Below, in pieces: positions 10,744 through 21,694 of a DNA stretch of 64,000 nucleotides. The first letter of the stretch is position 1. Each line of letters opens with the position of its first letter. This stretch comes from an uncultured Bacteroidota bacterium (GTDB taxonomy: Bacteria; Bacteroidota; Bacteroidia; Flavobacteriales; Flavobacteriaceae), in the NCBI GenBank assembly GCA_902526165.1, contig CABZKA010000002.1, positions 29,871 through 93,870 on the forward strand, in the 5' to 3' direction. A program made the position numbers and the translations under genes. The notes beneath the pieces are model-generated. The model was not told where the DNA came from. It was given only the letters and a program-made list of their open reading frames with translations, and made no database searches.

Positions 10744-13234
10744 AATCATATTATTTCTACTTAGTTTTATAGTCATAAATTTCAATTATTCTCAGACTGA
10801 AATTTCTGTAAAGGATAGTTCAAGTGGAGAGGCGATTTCGTCAGTGTTGATTTTTAATAAAAGTCAAACAGAAACTATTTTAACCGATAACTTAGGTAAA
10901 TTCGATTTGGATATTTTTGGAAAAAATGATTCTATTTTTTTCTCACATGTTTCATATGAACCAAAATCCGTCTTTTTTAAAGATTTAAACGATAAAGTTG
11001 TTTTTTACCTTGACCCAAAGATGATGGGTCTTGATGAGGTTGTTCTTTCTGTTGGTAGGAAAAAACAAAGCTTAAAATATATTTCCAGAAAAGTATCGCT
11101 TATAAGTTCAAAAGAACTTTTATCAAATGTAAATAAGACTGGTGCAGATATATTGTATGAGGCTGGAGGTGTCCACATTCAAAAATCTCAATCTGGTGGT
11201 GGAAGTCCAGTTATCAGGGGTTTTGAAGCTAACAGGGTTTTGCTTGTAATAGACGGTGTTCGAATGAATAATACTATATATAGATCTGGTCATTTACAAA
11301 ACTCAATTACTGTTGATCCAAATTATTTAGAAAGAATTGAAGTTTTATATGGTCCATCGTCTGTGAGTTACGGCTCAGATGCAATTGGTGGAGTCGTACA
11401 TTACTTTACAAAAATTCCAAAATTTTCTAATGAAAAAAACTTTGAATTTAAAAAGAGGAGATCTTATAATCTTACAAATAAATCAAAAATCAGAAACTAC
11501 CAACTGACAACAAACAATAAGAACTGGGGATTATTTTCAAGCCTATCAATTTCTGACTATTGCGATATAATTATGGGAAAAAACAGAAAACATGGATATG
11601 ATAATTGGGGACTAGTCAATCAGTTTTCTGAAAACAACAGAGAAAATTATTTTGAAAACCCAAGTCAAAATACTGACCCAAATGTTCAAAGAAATACAGC
11701 CTATGATCAAAAAGATTTCATTACAAAAATCAATTTGAGGCTAAAAAATCAATCAAATTTGATTTTAAATTTTCAAATCTCAAAGTCATCAAAAATTAAT
11801 AGGTTTGATAAATTATCAGAGCTAGATTCAACCCAAAATTTAAAATTTGCTGAATGGTATTACGGACCACAAAAAAGAATTTTAGCATCTTCAATTTTGA
11901 ATTTAAGTCCATCAAATATTTTTGATAAAGGACGATTTATTGCATCCTACCAAGGTATTGGTGAGTCTCGTCATAAAAGAAAATTTGAATCTGAAATTTT
12001 ATTCAATCAAAATGAAAAACTGGACGTCTACTCTCTTAATGGTGACTTTTCAAAAAATATATTTGAGAAATTGGAAATATTATACGGTTTTGAATATACA
12101 AATAACCTGCTTTTTTCTGATTCTAATTCAGCTATAATTGATATATCTAATCCGAGTGTTTTTTTGAGTGAAACTCCGTCATTTTCAAGATATCCTAACG
12201 ATAAAGCTACTCACTCAGCAATAGCTGGATATTTTAAATACTTAAAAAAAATCAATACTTATTCAAATTTAAATTTTGGATTAAGACTCTCACATAATAA
12301 AGTAAATGTAGGTTGGGATTTTGATTCAGAAGAGTTCTTGAATGATGACTTTAGTTCTGGTTTTTTAGATCAATTTGAATCATTGTCATTAAAAAATTTG
12401 TCGTTGACTGGAAGTTTTGGATACGTTACAAGAATTTTTAAAAATAATAAGGTTTCAATTAATTTATCAAGCGGTTTTAGATCTCCTAATATTGATGATA
12501 TTGGAAAAATTAGAGAAAATGCAGGTATTTTACTAGTTCCAAACACAACTGTGAAGCCTGAAAAAGCATATACCATTGACTTTGGTTGGACAAATTTTTC
12601 AGACAGATTTAATTCAGCTCTAAATATTTATTATAGTGTCTTAGATGAAACAATAGGCAGAGATTTTTATAACGACAGTACTGATACAACTACAAATGAC
12701 ATGTCAACAATTATTTACCAAAATGAAGAAGTTTATACGATGTCTAATTTCAATTTAGGCCAATCAAAAGTTTATGGTTTTAATTACAAACTATATCTAA
12801 ATTTTTTTAAAAATGTTGATTTTACTGGGAATTTGACATACACCAAAGGCACAAAATTAAATTCTAAAAATCCAATGCCATCTATCCCTCCTATTTTTGG
12901 GGATTTTAAATTAACTTGGAATTACTCCAATAATAAATTGATGCTAGCCTATAAGTTTTCAAAAAATAAATCACCAGATACATACAGCATTGGGGGTGAA
13001 GATGGATTAGAGGAAACTCCTTATTTTATTAATAGTGAGGGAAATATTGAATATTTAGGAATGCCAAAGTGGGCTATTTTTAATCTAACTTCAACTCACA
13101 AAATTAAGATATTTAATAAGCTTATTGACTTAAACTTTTCTGTTGAAAATATATTCGATCTACACTACAAACAGTTTGCATCTGGCATTAGTTCACATGG
13201 AAGAAACTTTAATATTTCTGCTTTTTTTAATTAA
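10727..13234 (+). CDS. TonB-dependent receptor
   Basis: 835 aa. Signal peptide, then a CarboxypepD_reg-like N-terminal domain (ISVKDSSSGEAISSVLIF). Plug motifs (SPVIRGFEANRVLLVIDGVRMNN) and a long beta-barrel-like remainder. Confidence 0.85.
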   Translation: MVYFHKIILFLLSFIVINFNYSQTEISVKDSSSGEAISSVLIFNKSQTETILTDNLGKFDLDIFGKNDSIFFSHVSYEPKSVFFKDLNDKVVFYLDPKMMGLDEVVLSVGRKKQSLKYISRKVSLISSKELLSNVNKTGADILYEAGGVHIQKSQSGGGSPVIRGFEANRVLLVIDGVRMNNTIYRSGHLQNSITVDPNYLERIEVLYGPSSVSYGSDAIGGVVHYFTKIPKFSNEKNFEFKKRRSYNLTNKSKIRNYQLTTNNKNWGLFSSLSISDYCDIIMGKNRKHGYDNWGLVNQFSENNRENYFENPSQNTDPNVQRNTAYDQKDFITKINLRLKNQSNLILNFQISKSSKINRFDKLSELDSTQNLKFAEWYYGPQKRILASSILNLSPSNIFDKGRFIASYQGIGESRHKRKFESEILFNQNEKLDVYSLNGDFSKNIFEKLEILYGFEYTNNLLFSDSNSAIIDISNPSVFLSETPSFSRYPNDKATHSAIAGYFKYLKKINTYSNLNFGLRLSHNKVNVGWDFDSEEFLNDDFSSGFLDQFESLSLKNLSLTGSFGYVTRIFKNNKVSINLSSGFRSPNIDDIGKIRENAGILLVPNTTVKPEKAYTIDFGWTNFSDRFNSALNIYYSVLDETIGRDFYNDSTDTTTNDMSTIIYQNEEVYTMSNFNLGQSKVYGFNYKLYLNFFKNVDFTGNLTYTKGTKLNSKNPMPSIPPIFGDFKLTWNYSNNKLMLAYKFSKNKSPDTYSIGGEDGLEETPYFINSEGNIEYLGMPKWAIFNLTSTHKIKIFNKLIDLNFSVENIFDLHYKQFASGISSHGRNFNISAFFN

Positions 13235-13289
13235 GTATTAATAAGTCTTAAATTTGGGTTAAATTAATTACATTCGTTTTTTTTAGAAA

Positions 13290-16200
13290 ATGCAATTTAA
13301 AGAGTACAAAAGTTTAGATTTAATTAAAATCAGTGATGATATTTTAAGTTTTTGGGATAAGGATAAAACCTTTGAAAAAAGTATATCCTCAAGGGAAAAA
13401 TCCAAACGTTTTGTGTTTTTTGAGGGGCCTCCATCCGCTAACGGAAAGCCAGGCATTCATCATGTGATGGCTAGAACATTGAAGGATATTTTTTGTCGCT
13501 ATAAAACCCTAAAAGGTTTCAAAGTTGAGAGAAAGGCAGGTTGGGATACGCACGGGCTTCCTATTGAATTAGAGGTAGAGAAAGAGTTAGGTATCAGTAA
13601 AGAAGATATTGGTAATAAAATTAGTATTGAAGATTATAACCAAAGTTGTAAAGCTGAAGTTATGAAATATACCGATATCTGGAACGAGTTGACAAGAAAA
13701 ATTGGCTATTGGGTTGATATGGATAATCCTTATGTAACCTACAAATCAAAGTACATTGAGTCTGTTTGGTGGCTTTTAAAAGAACTTTATGAAAAAGGTT
13801 TGATTTATAAAGGATATAGTGTACAGCCATACTCCCCAAAAGCTGGAACAGGATTAAGTTCACATGAACTAAACCAGCCCGGTACTTATCAGAATATAAC
13901 TGATACGACTGTTACTGCCCAGTTTAAATGCACAAAAAATTCATTACCTGATTTTTTAAAAAAATATAATTCAGTTTATATTTTAGCTTGGACAACAACT
14001 CCTTGGACTCTTCCATCAAACACAGCACTTACCGTTGGTGCTAATATTGATTACGTCATTGTCAAAACTTTTAATCAATATACAAAGTCAGAGGTGAATG
14101 TAGTTTTGGCTAAAAATCTAATTGAAAAGGTTTTTAAAAACAATTTTAAAAAAGTCGAGTCTGAGAAAGAATTAATATTTTCAAAAAATAACGATATTCC
14201 ATATTTTGTTTGTGAGAAGTTTAAAGGAAGTGATTTAATAAATATTAGGTACAAAAAGCTATGGACAGACTCACCTTTACCATATAAAAATCCTAGAAAT
14301 GCCTACAGAATAATATCAGGAGATTTTGTTACAACAGATGAAGGAACTGGAATTGTTCATACAGCTCCAACATTTGGTGCTGATGATATGGTCGCTGCAC
14401 AAAATGCAAAACCAGAAGTTCCTGCAATGCTTGTATTGGATAAAAATGGTGATTTAGTTCCACTAGTAAACTTACAAGGGAAATTTATTGATGGTTTAGG
14501 ATCAATATCTGGAAAATATGTAAAAAATGAATATTACACTGATAAGAACAGGCCCGATAAATCAGCAGATGTTGAAATTGCAATAAAACTAAAACAAGAA
14601 AATAAAGCTTTTAGAGTAGAAAAGTATACTCATAGTTATCCTAATTGTTGGAGAACTGATAAGCCTATATTGTACTATCCACTTAATTCTTGGTTTGTTG
14701 CAGTAACCAAAAAAAAGGAAGATCTAATAAAGAATAATGCTAAAATCAATTGGAAACCTAAGTCAACTGGTACTGGAAGATTTGGAAATTGGCTTGAAAA
14801 TGCAAATGATTGGAATTTATCAAGATCTAGATATTGGGGAATCCCACTGCCCATATGGTGCTCTGAGGATGGTAAGGAAACTAAAGTTATAGGATCTGTG
14901 AAAGAACTTTATAATGAAGTTGAAAAATCAGTTAAATCTGGATTCATGAAACAAAATCCTTTTTCAGATTTCGAAGTAGATAATTTTTCAGAATCTAATT
15001 ATGAGAAAATTGATCTTCATAAGCATATTGTAGATGAAATTGTACTTGTCTCTAAAAATAACAAACCTCTTCACAGAGAACCAGACTTAATAGATGTATG
15101 GTTTGATTCCGGATCTATGCCATATGCACAGTGGCACTATCCATTTGAGAATAGAGAAATGATTGAAAAAAACTCACATTTTCCTGCTGATTACATAGCA
15201 GAAGGTGTTGATCAAACAAGAGGTTGGTTTTATACTCTACATGTGATAAGTACACTGATTTTTAATTCTATTTCATATAAAAATGTAATATCAAATGGTT
15301 TAGTTTTAGATAAAAGTGGACAAAAAATGTCTAAACGACTTGGTAACTCAATCGATCCATTTGATACCCTGAACAAATTCGGACCAGACGCATTAAGATG
15401 GTATATGATATCAAATGCCAATCCGTGGGAAAATTTAAAATTTGATTTAAATGGAATCGATGAAATTAGAAGAAAATTTTTTGGTACCCTGCATAATATC
15501 TATGCTTTCTTCAGCTTATACTCAAATATTGATAGATATAATAAAGATGAAGTAATGATTCCTTATGAATCCAGGAGAGAGCTTGATCGCTGGATCATTT
15601 CTAGTTTGAACTCATTAATTCAAAAAGTTGAATCTGCATATTCGGATTATGATCCAACAAAGGCATCCAGATTAATTTCACACTTTGTGCAAGATGACCT
15701 TAGTAACTGGTATGTGAGGTTGTCAAGAAGAGTATTTTGGAAGGGAGAATATAATCATGAAAAAATATCAGCATTTCAAACATTACATGAATGTTTAACA
15801 AAAGTTGCCATTATTTCATCACCAATAAGCCCATTTTACATGGACCAACTATTTCGTGATTTAACCAGTGACAGTAAATCTGTTCATTTGGCAAACTTTC
15901 CAAAAGTTGATAGTCACAATATTGACTCAGGACTCGAAAATAAAATAAAAAAATCTCAAATAATTTGTTCTGTTGCTCTATCGATTAGAAAAAGAGAGAA
16001 AATAAAAGTGAGACAACCTCTTAACAAAATTTTAATTCCGTTTAAAGGTCTTGATGAAAAAAATGAAATTTTAGAAATTGAGGATTTTATTAAATCCGAA
16101 ATCAATGTAAAAAAAGTAGAATTAATAAGTGATTCTTCCAAAATTCTTATAAAAAAAGCAAAACCTAACTTTAAATCATTGGGTCCAAAATTTGGCAAAA

Positions 16201-16673
16201 ACATGAAAACTGTTTCAGGATCAATTTTTAACCTTAGTAGTGAGCAAATTAATTTTTTAGAAAATGGTGAGATTCTTAATATAAAATTGAAAAATTTCAA
16301 ATTTGATCTATCATTAGAGGATATTGAAGTTTTTTATGAGGATATTGAGGGTTGGCAAGTTGGATCAGAAAATGGTTACACTATCGCACTTGATATAAAT
16401 ATATCTGATAAGCTTAAAAATGAAGGAATCAGTAGAGAGGTTGTAAATAAAATTCAGAACTTAAGAAAAGACTCTAACTTTAATGTTAGTGATAAAATTA
16501 TTATTAATATTGTCAATAGTAATTTAACAGATAAAGCGTTAAAGGATAATTTAGAGTATATCAAAAATGAAACTCTAGCCATTGAAATAAATTTTGTAGA
16601 AAAGCTTAATTCCCCAAATGAATTTGAGTTTGATGACATAAAATTAGAATTAGAAATTAATAAAGTAATTTAA
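13290..16673 (+). CDS. ileS: Isoleucine--tRNA ligase
   Basis: 1127 aa. HIGH-type block PSANGKPGIHHV and KMSKS-type block GQKMSKRLGN. Editing domain length is typical of type 2 IleRS. Confidence 0.97.
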   Translation: MQFKEYKSLDLIKISDDILSFWDKDKTFEKSISSREKSKRFVFFEGPPSANGKPGIHHVMARTLKDIFCRYKTLKGFKVERKAGWDTHGLPIELEVEKELGISKEDIGNKISIEDYNQSCKAEVMKYTDIWNELTRKIGYWVDMDNPYVTYKSKYIESVWWLLKELYEKGLIYKGYSVQPYSPKAGTGLSSHELNQPGTYQNITDTTVTAQFKCTKNSLPDFLKKYNSVYILAWTTTPWTLPSNTALTVGANIDYVIVKTFNQYTKSEVNVVLAKNLIEKVFKNNFKKVESEKELIFSKNNDIPYFVCEKFKGSDLINIRYKKLWTDSPLPYKNPRNAYRIISGDFVTTDEGTGIVHTAPTFGADDMVAAQNAKPEVPAMLVLDKNGDLVPLVNLQGKFIDGLGSISGKYVKNEYYTDKNRPDKSADVEIAIKLKQENKAFRVEKYTHSYPNCWRTDKPILYYPLNSWFVAVTKKKEDLIKNNAKINWKPKSTGTGRFGNWLENANDWNLSRSRYWGIPLPIWCSEDGKETKVIGSVKELYNEVEKSVKSGFMKQNPFSDFEVDNFSESNYEKIDLHKHIVDEIVLVSKNNKPLHREPDLIDVWFDSGSMPYAQWHYPFENREMIEKNSHFPADYIAEGVDQTRGWFYTLHVISTLIFNSISYKNVISNGLVLDKSGQKMSKRLGNSIDPFDTLNKFGPDALRWYMISNANPWENLKFDLNGIDEIRRKFFGTLHNIYAFFSLYSNIDRYNKDEVMIPYESRRELDRWIISSLNSLIQKVESAYSDYDPTKASRLISHFVQDDLSNWYVRLSRRVFWKGEYNHEKISAFQTLHECLTKVAIISSPISPFYMDQLFRDLTSDSKSVHLANFPKVDSHNIDSGLENKIKKSQIICSVALSIRKREKIKVRQPLNKILIPFKGLDEKNEILEIEDFIKSEINVKKVELISDSSKILIKKAKPNFKSLGPKFGKNMKTVSGSIFNLSSEQINFLENGEILNIKLKNFKFDLSLEDIEVFYEDIEGWQVGSENGYTIALDINISDKLKNEGISREVVNKIQNLRKDSNFNVSDKIIINIVNSNLTDKALKDNLEYIKNETLAIEINFVEKLNSPNEFEFDDIKLELEINKVI

Positions 16674-16675
16674 TT

Positions 16676-17062
16676 ATGGATAAGGATAATATTATTGTAA
16701 GGTATTCTGATAAGGACCTTGCTAAGTTTAAAAAAATTATTGAAGAAAAAATTAATAAAGCTCAGCATGACCTGGAGCTAATCAGAAGTGCGTATATGAA
16801 TGATGGAGACAATGGAACCGAAGACACTTCGCCTACATTCAAAGCATTTGAAGAAGGTTCACAAACAATGTCTAAAGAAGCAAATACACAATTGGCAATT
16901 AGACAGGAAAAGTTCATCAGAGATCTCAAAAATGCTTTAATTAGAATTGAGAATAAAACTTATGGTATTTGCAGAGTTACTGGTAAACTAATTACAAAAA
17001 AAAGACTAGAGCTTGTTCCACACGCAACACTAAGCATTGAGGCTAAAAATAGAATGTCATAA
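16676..17062 (+). CDS. DksA/TraR-family protein (zinc finger reduced to one Cys)
   Basis: 128 aa. C-terminal YGICRVTGKLITKKRLELVPHATLSIEAK resembles the TraR/DksA C-terminus, but only one Cys is present. Sits directly after ileS. Confidence 0.75.
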   Translation: MDKDNIIVRYSDKDLAKFKKIIEEKINKAQHDLELIRSAYMNDGDNGTEDTSPTFKAFEEGSQTMSKEANTQLAIRQEKFIRDLKNALIRIENKTYGICRVTGKLITKKRLELVPHATLSIEAKNRMS

Positions 17063-17068
17063 CTTTTT

Positions 17069-17860
17069 ATGAAGATTGATGATCTTTTAAACAATATGTG
17101 GAAAACTTACACAAGTTTAAATCCACATATTAAAGAGGTCCTTGATTTAATTAAATCAAAAGAAAATACAGAAATCCTTAATGATCACATTGCTCTAAGA
17201 ACCTTTAATCACGAAAGGATTAATAGAAATAAGTTAGCTGATTTTTTTCTAGATTCAGGATATAATTTTGTTGAAAACCTGCATTTTGATCAGAAAAGAC
17301 TTGATGCCTCCTATTACATTCATCCCAACAATAAACTTCCAAGAATATTCATAAGTGAATTAAGGATACAAGATTTTTCAACTGAATTTCAAAATAAAAT
17401 AAATGATATCATTGATAGCATTGAAAAAAATAAATTTAATAGTCCTTTATTTTTGACAAATGGTACGCCCTGGGAAAAAATATCTTATTTAGATTATAAA
17501 GTGGTTCAAAAGGAATCTGATTATGCGGCTTGGGTTTTATCACATGGCTATATTGCAAATCATTTTACTGTTAGCGTAACAGATTGTACTTTTTTTAAAA
17601 ATCTCCAGCAAATAAATCTTTTTTTAAAACAAAATGGTTTTGAAATTAATTCATCTGGTGGTGAGATAAAAGGTTCTCCAAAAATTGGTTTGGAACAGTC
17701 CTCGATAATGGCAAAAAAAATCAGTGTAGCATTTTCTGATGGTATTTACGACATTCCAGGGTGTTATTATGAGTTTGCGTTTAGGTATAATGGTTTCGAT
17801 GGATTTATAACCAGTTCTGCAAATCATATTTTTGAAAGTACTAATGAAAAAAAAGCTTGA
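17069..17860 (+). CDS. DUF1338 (VOC-like, 2-oxoadipate dioxygenase/decarboxylase-type) protein
   Basis: 263 aa. The DHIALRTF block near the N-terminus and the overall length resemble the DUF1338/YdcJ family. Called by resemblance only. Confidence 0.6.
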   Translation: MKIDDLLNNMWKTYTSLNPHIKEVLDLIKSKENTEILNDHIALRTFNHERINRNKLADFFLDSGYNFVENLHFDQKRLDASYYIHPNNKLPRIFISELRIQDFSTEFQNKINDIIDSIEKNKFNSPLFLTNGTPWEKISYLDYKVVQKESDYAAWVLSHGYIANHFTVSVTDCTFFKNLQQINLFLKQNGFEINSSGGEIKGSPKIGLEQSSIMAKKISVAFSDGIYDIPGCYYEFAFRYNGFDGFITSSANHIFESTNEKKA

Positions 17861-18485
17861 GTTTTATCATTGCATAATACTAATTGTAGGGATTTTAATT
17901 CTTGATCAATTTTTAAAAGTTTATATAAAACTGAACTTTCCCCTAACCATATATAGTGATCAGATTATTTTTGATTACAACTGGTTTAAACTATTATTTG
18001 TTGAAAATAAAGGCATGGCTTGGGGAGCATCCATTAATGATTTTTTGCCATTTATTGATGGTAGAAGTGCAAAGCTTATGTTAACATTATTTAGAATTGT
18101 TGCAATTGGTTTTATTTTCTTTTGGCTCAAACAATCAATAAAAAATGGTTTAAAGAATATTAATTCCATTGTATTATCATTGATTCTTGCTGGAGCTATT
18201 GGGAATGCTATTGATTCGATTTTTTATGGGTACATTTTTACTGATAGTTACTTTAAAGTAGCTACGTTATCTGTGGGGAGTGGGTATGAAAGCTTATTTC
18301 ATGGAAGTGTTGTGGATATGTTTCAATTTCCAATGTTTGAGTGGACTTGGCCTGATTGGCTGCCAATGGTTGGTGATGAAAATTATGTGTTTTTTGAACC
18401 TGTATTTAATATTGCAGATGCATCAATTTCTATTGCAATATTTCTAATTATTCTAAACTACAGGACATTTTTTTCTAAAAACTAA
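17844..18485 (+). CDS. lspA: Lipoprotein signal peptidase (signal peptidase II)
   Basis: ATG at 17844 is preferred over the TTG at 17832. FVENKGMAWG and FNIADASISI blocks (the two catalytic Asp regions). Classical ileS-lspA linkage. Confidence 0.85.
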   Translation: MKKKLEFYHCIILIVGILILDQFLKVYIKLNFPLTIYSDQIIFDYNWFKLLFVENKGMAWGASINDFLPFIDGRSAKLMLTLFRIVAIGFIFFWLKQSIKNGLKNINSIVLSLILAGAIGNAIDSIFYGYIFTDSYFKVATLSVGSGYESLFHGSVVDMFQFPMFEWTWPDWLPMVGDENYVFFEPVFNIADASISIAIFLIILNYRTFFSKN

Positions 18486-19038
18486 AAATTTTGTTTGGTG
18501 TGATACAAAAGTCCAACTTCACATCGTTAGGGTTTGTGTCTTCAATCTTAATTTCAGGTTGAAAAAATGACAAACCTATCTTTAAAATTTTGGGATTACA
18601 TTTTTTGAAAAAATTATCATAAAATCCAGCACCATAACCAACTCTATTTCCTTCAATGTCATATGAAAGTAATGGTGTAAAAACAACTTCAATCAATTTC
18701 GGATTAAAAATTACGTTCTCTGAAGGTTCTTCGATCCCATATTTATTTATTTGAAATTTAGTTTGTTCAGTAAATAAAAAAGCATCTATAACTTTTGTTT
18801 GAAAGTTGATTTTGGGATATAAAGTTTTTTTTGACTTTAAATTTAAAATTTCTAAAAATCTAGATGTTTCAACTTCTCTTTTATGCTTAATTGATTTGTA
18901 TATCATAAAGATATTTTTATTCCAAATCTTTAATCCTAATGACTGTTGATAGATTTGATTACTTAATTGTTTTAACTCTAAATCATTTAATTTGTTTCTA
19001 AGATCTTTATATTTTTTTCTTGCCTGATTTTTTTTCAT
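18475..19038 (-). CDS. 5-formyltetrahydrofolate cyclo-ligase
   Basis: 187 aa. N-terminal KKYKDLRNKL pattern and C-terminal RVGYGAGFYD block of the family. Confidence 0.75.
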   Translation of the reverse strand: MKKNQARKKYKDLRNKLNDLELKQLSNQIYQQSLGLKIWNKNIFMIYKSIKHKREVETSRFLEILNLKSKKTLYPKINFQTKVIDAFLFTEQTKFQINKYGIEEPSENVIFNPKLIEVVFTPLLSYDIEGNRVGYGAGFYDNFFKKCNPKILKIGLSFFQPEIKIEDTNPNDVKLDFCITPNKIFSF

Positions 19039-19077
19039 TTTAAAATATGTAACAAATAAAATAATTATTTTAGTCTA

Positions 19078-20892
19078 ATGGCTATTGATGGTAAAATAAT
19101 GTATAAAACCATTCCCGAAGAGCCCGGTGTCTATCAATTTTTCAATAAAGAAAATAACATAATATACGTAGGCAAAGCAAAAAATTTAAAGAAAAGGGTT
19201 TCATCGTATTTTCAAAAAAGTATCAAATCTAGGAAGACTATAAACCTAGTTAAGAATATAGATAAAATAGAGCATGCTGTGGTATATTCAGAGTCTGATG
19301 CTCTTCTTTTAGAAAATTCATTAATAAAAAAAAATCAACCTAAATACAATATTCTTTTAAGAGACGATAAAACTTATCCGTGGATATGTGTAAAAAATGA
19401 GAGATTCCCTCGGATTTATTTAACCCGAAAAGTAATTAGTGACGGTTCTGAATATTTTGGACCTTATACAAATGTTAAATATGTATATATTCTTTTAAAC
19501 CTAATTAATAATTTATATCCCATAAGGTCAAGTAACTATAATTTTAGCCCAAACAAACTTAAGAAAATCAATGTTCCAATATTTTTGAATATTTATAAAA
19601 AAAAGGGGCAATCTATAATACTTAATTTTTCATATGAAAAAGCAAAAGATTCTCTTTCAGAGGAAAATTATAATGAAAATATTTCTTCAATAAAAAAGAT
19701 ATTAAAGGGAAACTTAAAAGATGTAAGAAATCTATTAAAAGAAAGAATGTTAGAGTTTTCTAAAAGATTACAATATGAAGATGCACAAAAAATCAAGGAA
19801 AATCTTTTATTACTTGAAAACTATCAGTCTAAATCAACTGTTGTTAGCAACAAATTAAATAATATTGATGTATTCAGCATTGTTTCAGATTCTGAATATG
19901 CCTATACTAACTATCTTCAAATAGCTCATGGCCGAATCATTAGATTTCAGAATAAAGAGATAAAGAAAAAGCTAGATGAAAAAGATACAGATATATTAAG
20001 TTTGGTTATAATTGATTCAAGAGAGAGATTTAAATCCAATTCTAATACCATTATTTCTAATTACAATTTATCTAATGAAATAAATACAAAATTTATAGTC
20101 CCAAAATTAGGTGATAAAATGAAGTTGTTAAATCTATCTATAAAAAATGCTAAGTCATTCAGAGTTGAGAGGCTTAAACAAGTTCAAATACTGGATCCTG
20201 AAAAACATTCAAATAGAATTTTAAATCAACTAAAAATAGATTTAAAAATGGAGAATATTCCTTCTCATATTGAGTGCTTTGATATATCCAATATTCATGG
20301 GACCAATACTGTTGCAGCATGTGTTGTTTTTATTAACGCAAAACCATCAAAATCAAATTACAGGAAATATAATATTAAGTCAGTAAGTGGTCCAGATGAT
20401 TTTGCGTCTATGCAAGAAGTTGTATTTAGAAGATATAGAAGACTGATTGATGAAAAAAAATCTTTACCACAATTAATTATAATTGACGGTGGGAAAGGTC
20501 AGTTAAGTTCAGCTTTGAAAAGTTTAAAAAAATTGAATATTGAAAGTAAAGTAACAATTGTCGGGATTGCCAAGAGACTGGAAGAAATTTATTTTCCTGG
20601 TGATTCGATTCCTCTATACCTTAATAAAAAGTCAGAATCATTGAAGATTATTCAAAATCTGAGAAATGAGGCTCATAGGTTTGGAATAGAATTTCATAAA
20701 AGCAAAAGAATAAAGAATGCTATGTCTTCAATTTTTGACAACATTGATGGAATCGGTGAAAAAACTAAAAATAAATTGCTAAAAAAATACAAGTCTCTTT
20801 CTATTATAAAAAAACTTTCTTTTGATGAAATTAAAGAAGAAATAGGCAGTGATAAAGCAAAAAAAATATTAAATGCTCTTGAAAAAATTTAA
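19078..20892 (+). CDS. uvrC: Excinuclease ABC subunit C
   Basis: 604 aa. GIY-YIG module (GVYQFFNKENNIIYVGKAKNLKKR), a UVR-like segment and a C-terminal HhH region. Confidence 0.95.
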   Translation: MAIDGKIMYKTIPEEPGVYQFFNKENNIIYVGKAKNLKKRVSSYFQKSIKSRKTINLVKNIDKIEHAVVYSESDALLLENSLIKKNQPKYNILLRDDKTYPWICVKNERFPRIYLTRKVISDGSEYFGPYTNVKYVYILLNLINNLYPIRSSNYNFSPNKLKKINVPIFLNIYKKKGQSIILNFSYEKAKDSLSEENYNENISSIKKILKGNLKDVRNLLKERMLEFSKRLQYEDAQKIKENLLLLENYQSKSTVVSNKLNNIDVFSIVSDSEYAYTNYLQIAHGRIIRFQNKEIKKKLDEKDTDILSLVIIDSRERFKSNSNTIISNYNLSNEINTKFIVPKLGDKMKLLNLSIKNAKSFRVERLKQVQILDPEKHSNRILNQLKIDLKMENIPSHIECFDISNIHGTNTVAACVVFINAKPSKSNYRKYNIKSVSGPDDFASMQEVVFRRYRRLIDEKKSLPQLIIIDGGKGQLSSALKSLKKLNIESKVTIVGIAKRLEEIYFPGDSIPLYLNKKSESLKIIQNLRNEAHRFGIEFHKSKRIKNAMSSIFDNIDGIGEKTKNKLLKKYKSLSIIKKLSFDEIKEEIGSDKAKKILNALEKI

Positions 20893-21688
20893 TAGAATCT
20901 TAAAGCCAATAATTTTCTTGGTTATTTTCACATTTAAAGCTAATTCTCAAATGCAAAATTTATATGAGAACAACTATAACTCTTTTGGGAACGGTGAAAT
21001 ACTTGAATACAAATTAAAATATGGATTTTTTAACACAAGTTATGCCTCACTATCTTTAAATGAGGTAAGTCAGAACGGAAGAAAAATTTATAAAGCATCA
21101 GCAATTGGAAGGACAACAGGACTAGCTCGGATTTTTTTTAAGGTTGAAGATTTGTACGAAAGCTATTTTGAGAAAGATTTTGTTAGACCAATAAAATCAA
21201 TTAGAGATATTTATGAAGGAGGGTATATCAGAAAATCTGAAACAACTTTTGATCATATTAATAATATTGGGTATTTCAAAAACAAAATAAATGGGGAAGA
21301 AAGAAAAATAAATCTTTTAAATAATATTCAAGATTTAGTTTCTACATTTTATTTTCTAAGAAAGCATTTGAATATAACAGAACTTAAACCAAATGATTAT
21401 ATTTTTGTAAATATATTTTTCAGTGCAGAAAATTACCCTTTTAAAATGAAGTACTTGGGAAAAGAAATTTTAGATACAAAATTTGGTTTAGTTGAATGTA
21501 TGAAGTTTTCTCCTTTTATGGAAACAGGTAGGGTTTTTAGAGATAATGAGGGTATTTCATTATGGGTCACAAGTGATGAAAATAGAATACCAATTAAAGT
21601 GAAAGCAAATCTTAGAGTTGGCTCAATCACGGCAGACCTTTTTAGGTTTAGAGGAATTATAAATCCATTTAATATTAGAGTAGAATAA
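20873..21688 (+). CDS. DUF3108-like secreted protein
   Basis: 271 aa. Signal peptide. The GEILEYKLKYGFFNTSYASLSL pattern resembles DUF3108. Confidence 0.6.
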   Translation: MLLKKFNRILKPIIFLVIFTFKANSQMQNLYENNYNSFGNGEILEYKLKYGFFNTSYASLSLNEVSQNGRKIYKASAIGRTTGLARIFFKVEDLYESYFEKDFVRPIKSIRDIYEGGYIRKSETTFDHINNIGYFKNKINGEERKINLLNNIQDLVSTFYFLRKHLNITELKPNDYIFVNIFFSAENYPFKMKYLGKEILDTKFGLVECMKFSPFMETGRVFRDNEGISLWVTSDENRIPIKVKANLRVGSITADLFRFRGIINPFNIRVE

Positions 21689-21694
21689 AATTTT

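Noticed and set aside
15956-16300. 114-aa minus-strand ORF (and others at 13660-13863, 15230-15421, 16454-16639) inside ileS
   Set aside because: These are shadow ORFs within a 1127-aa gene that has clear class I synthetase motifs.
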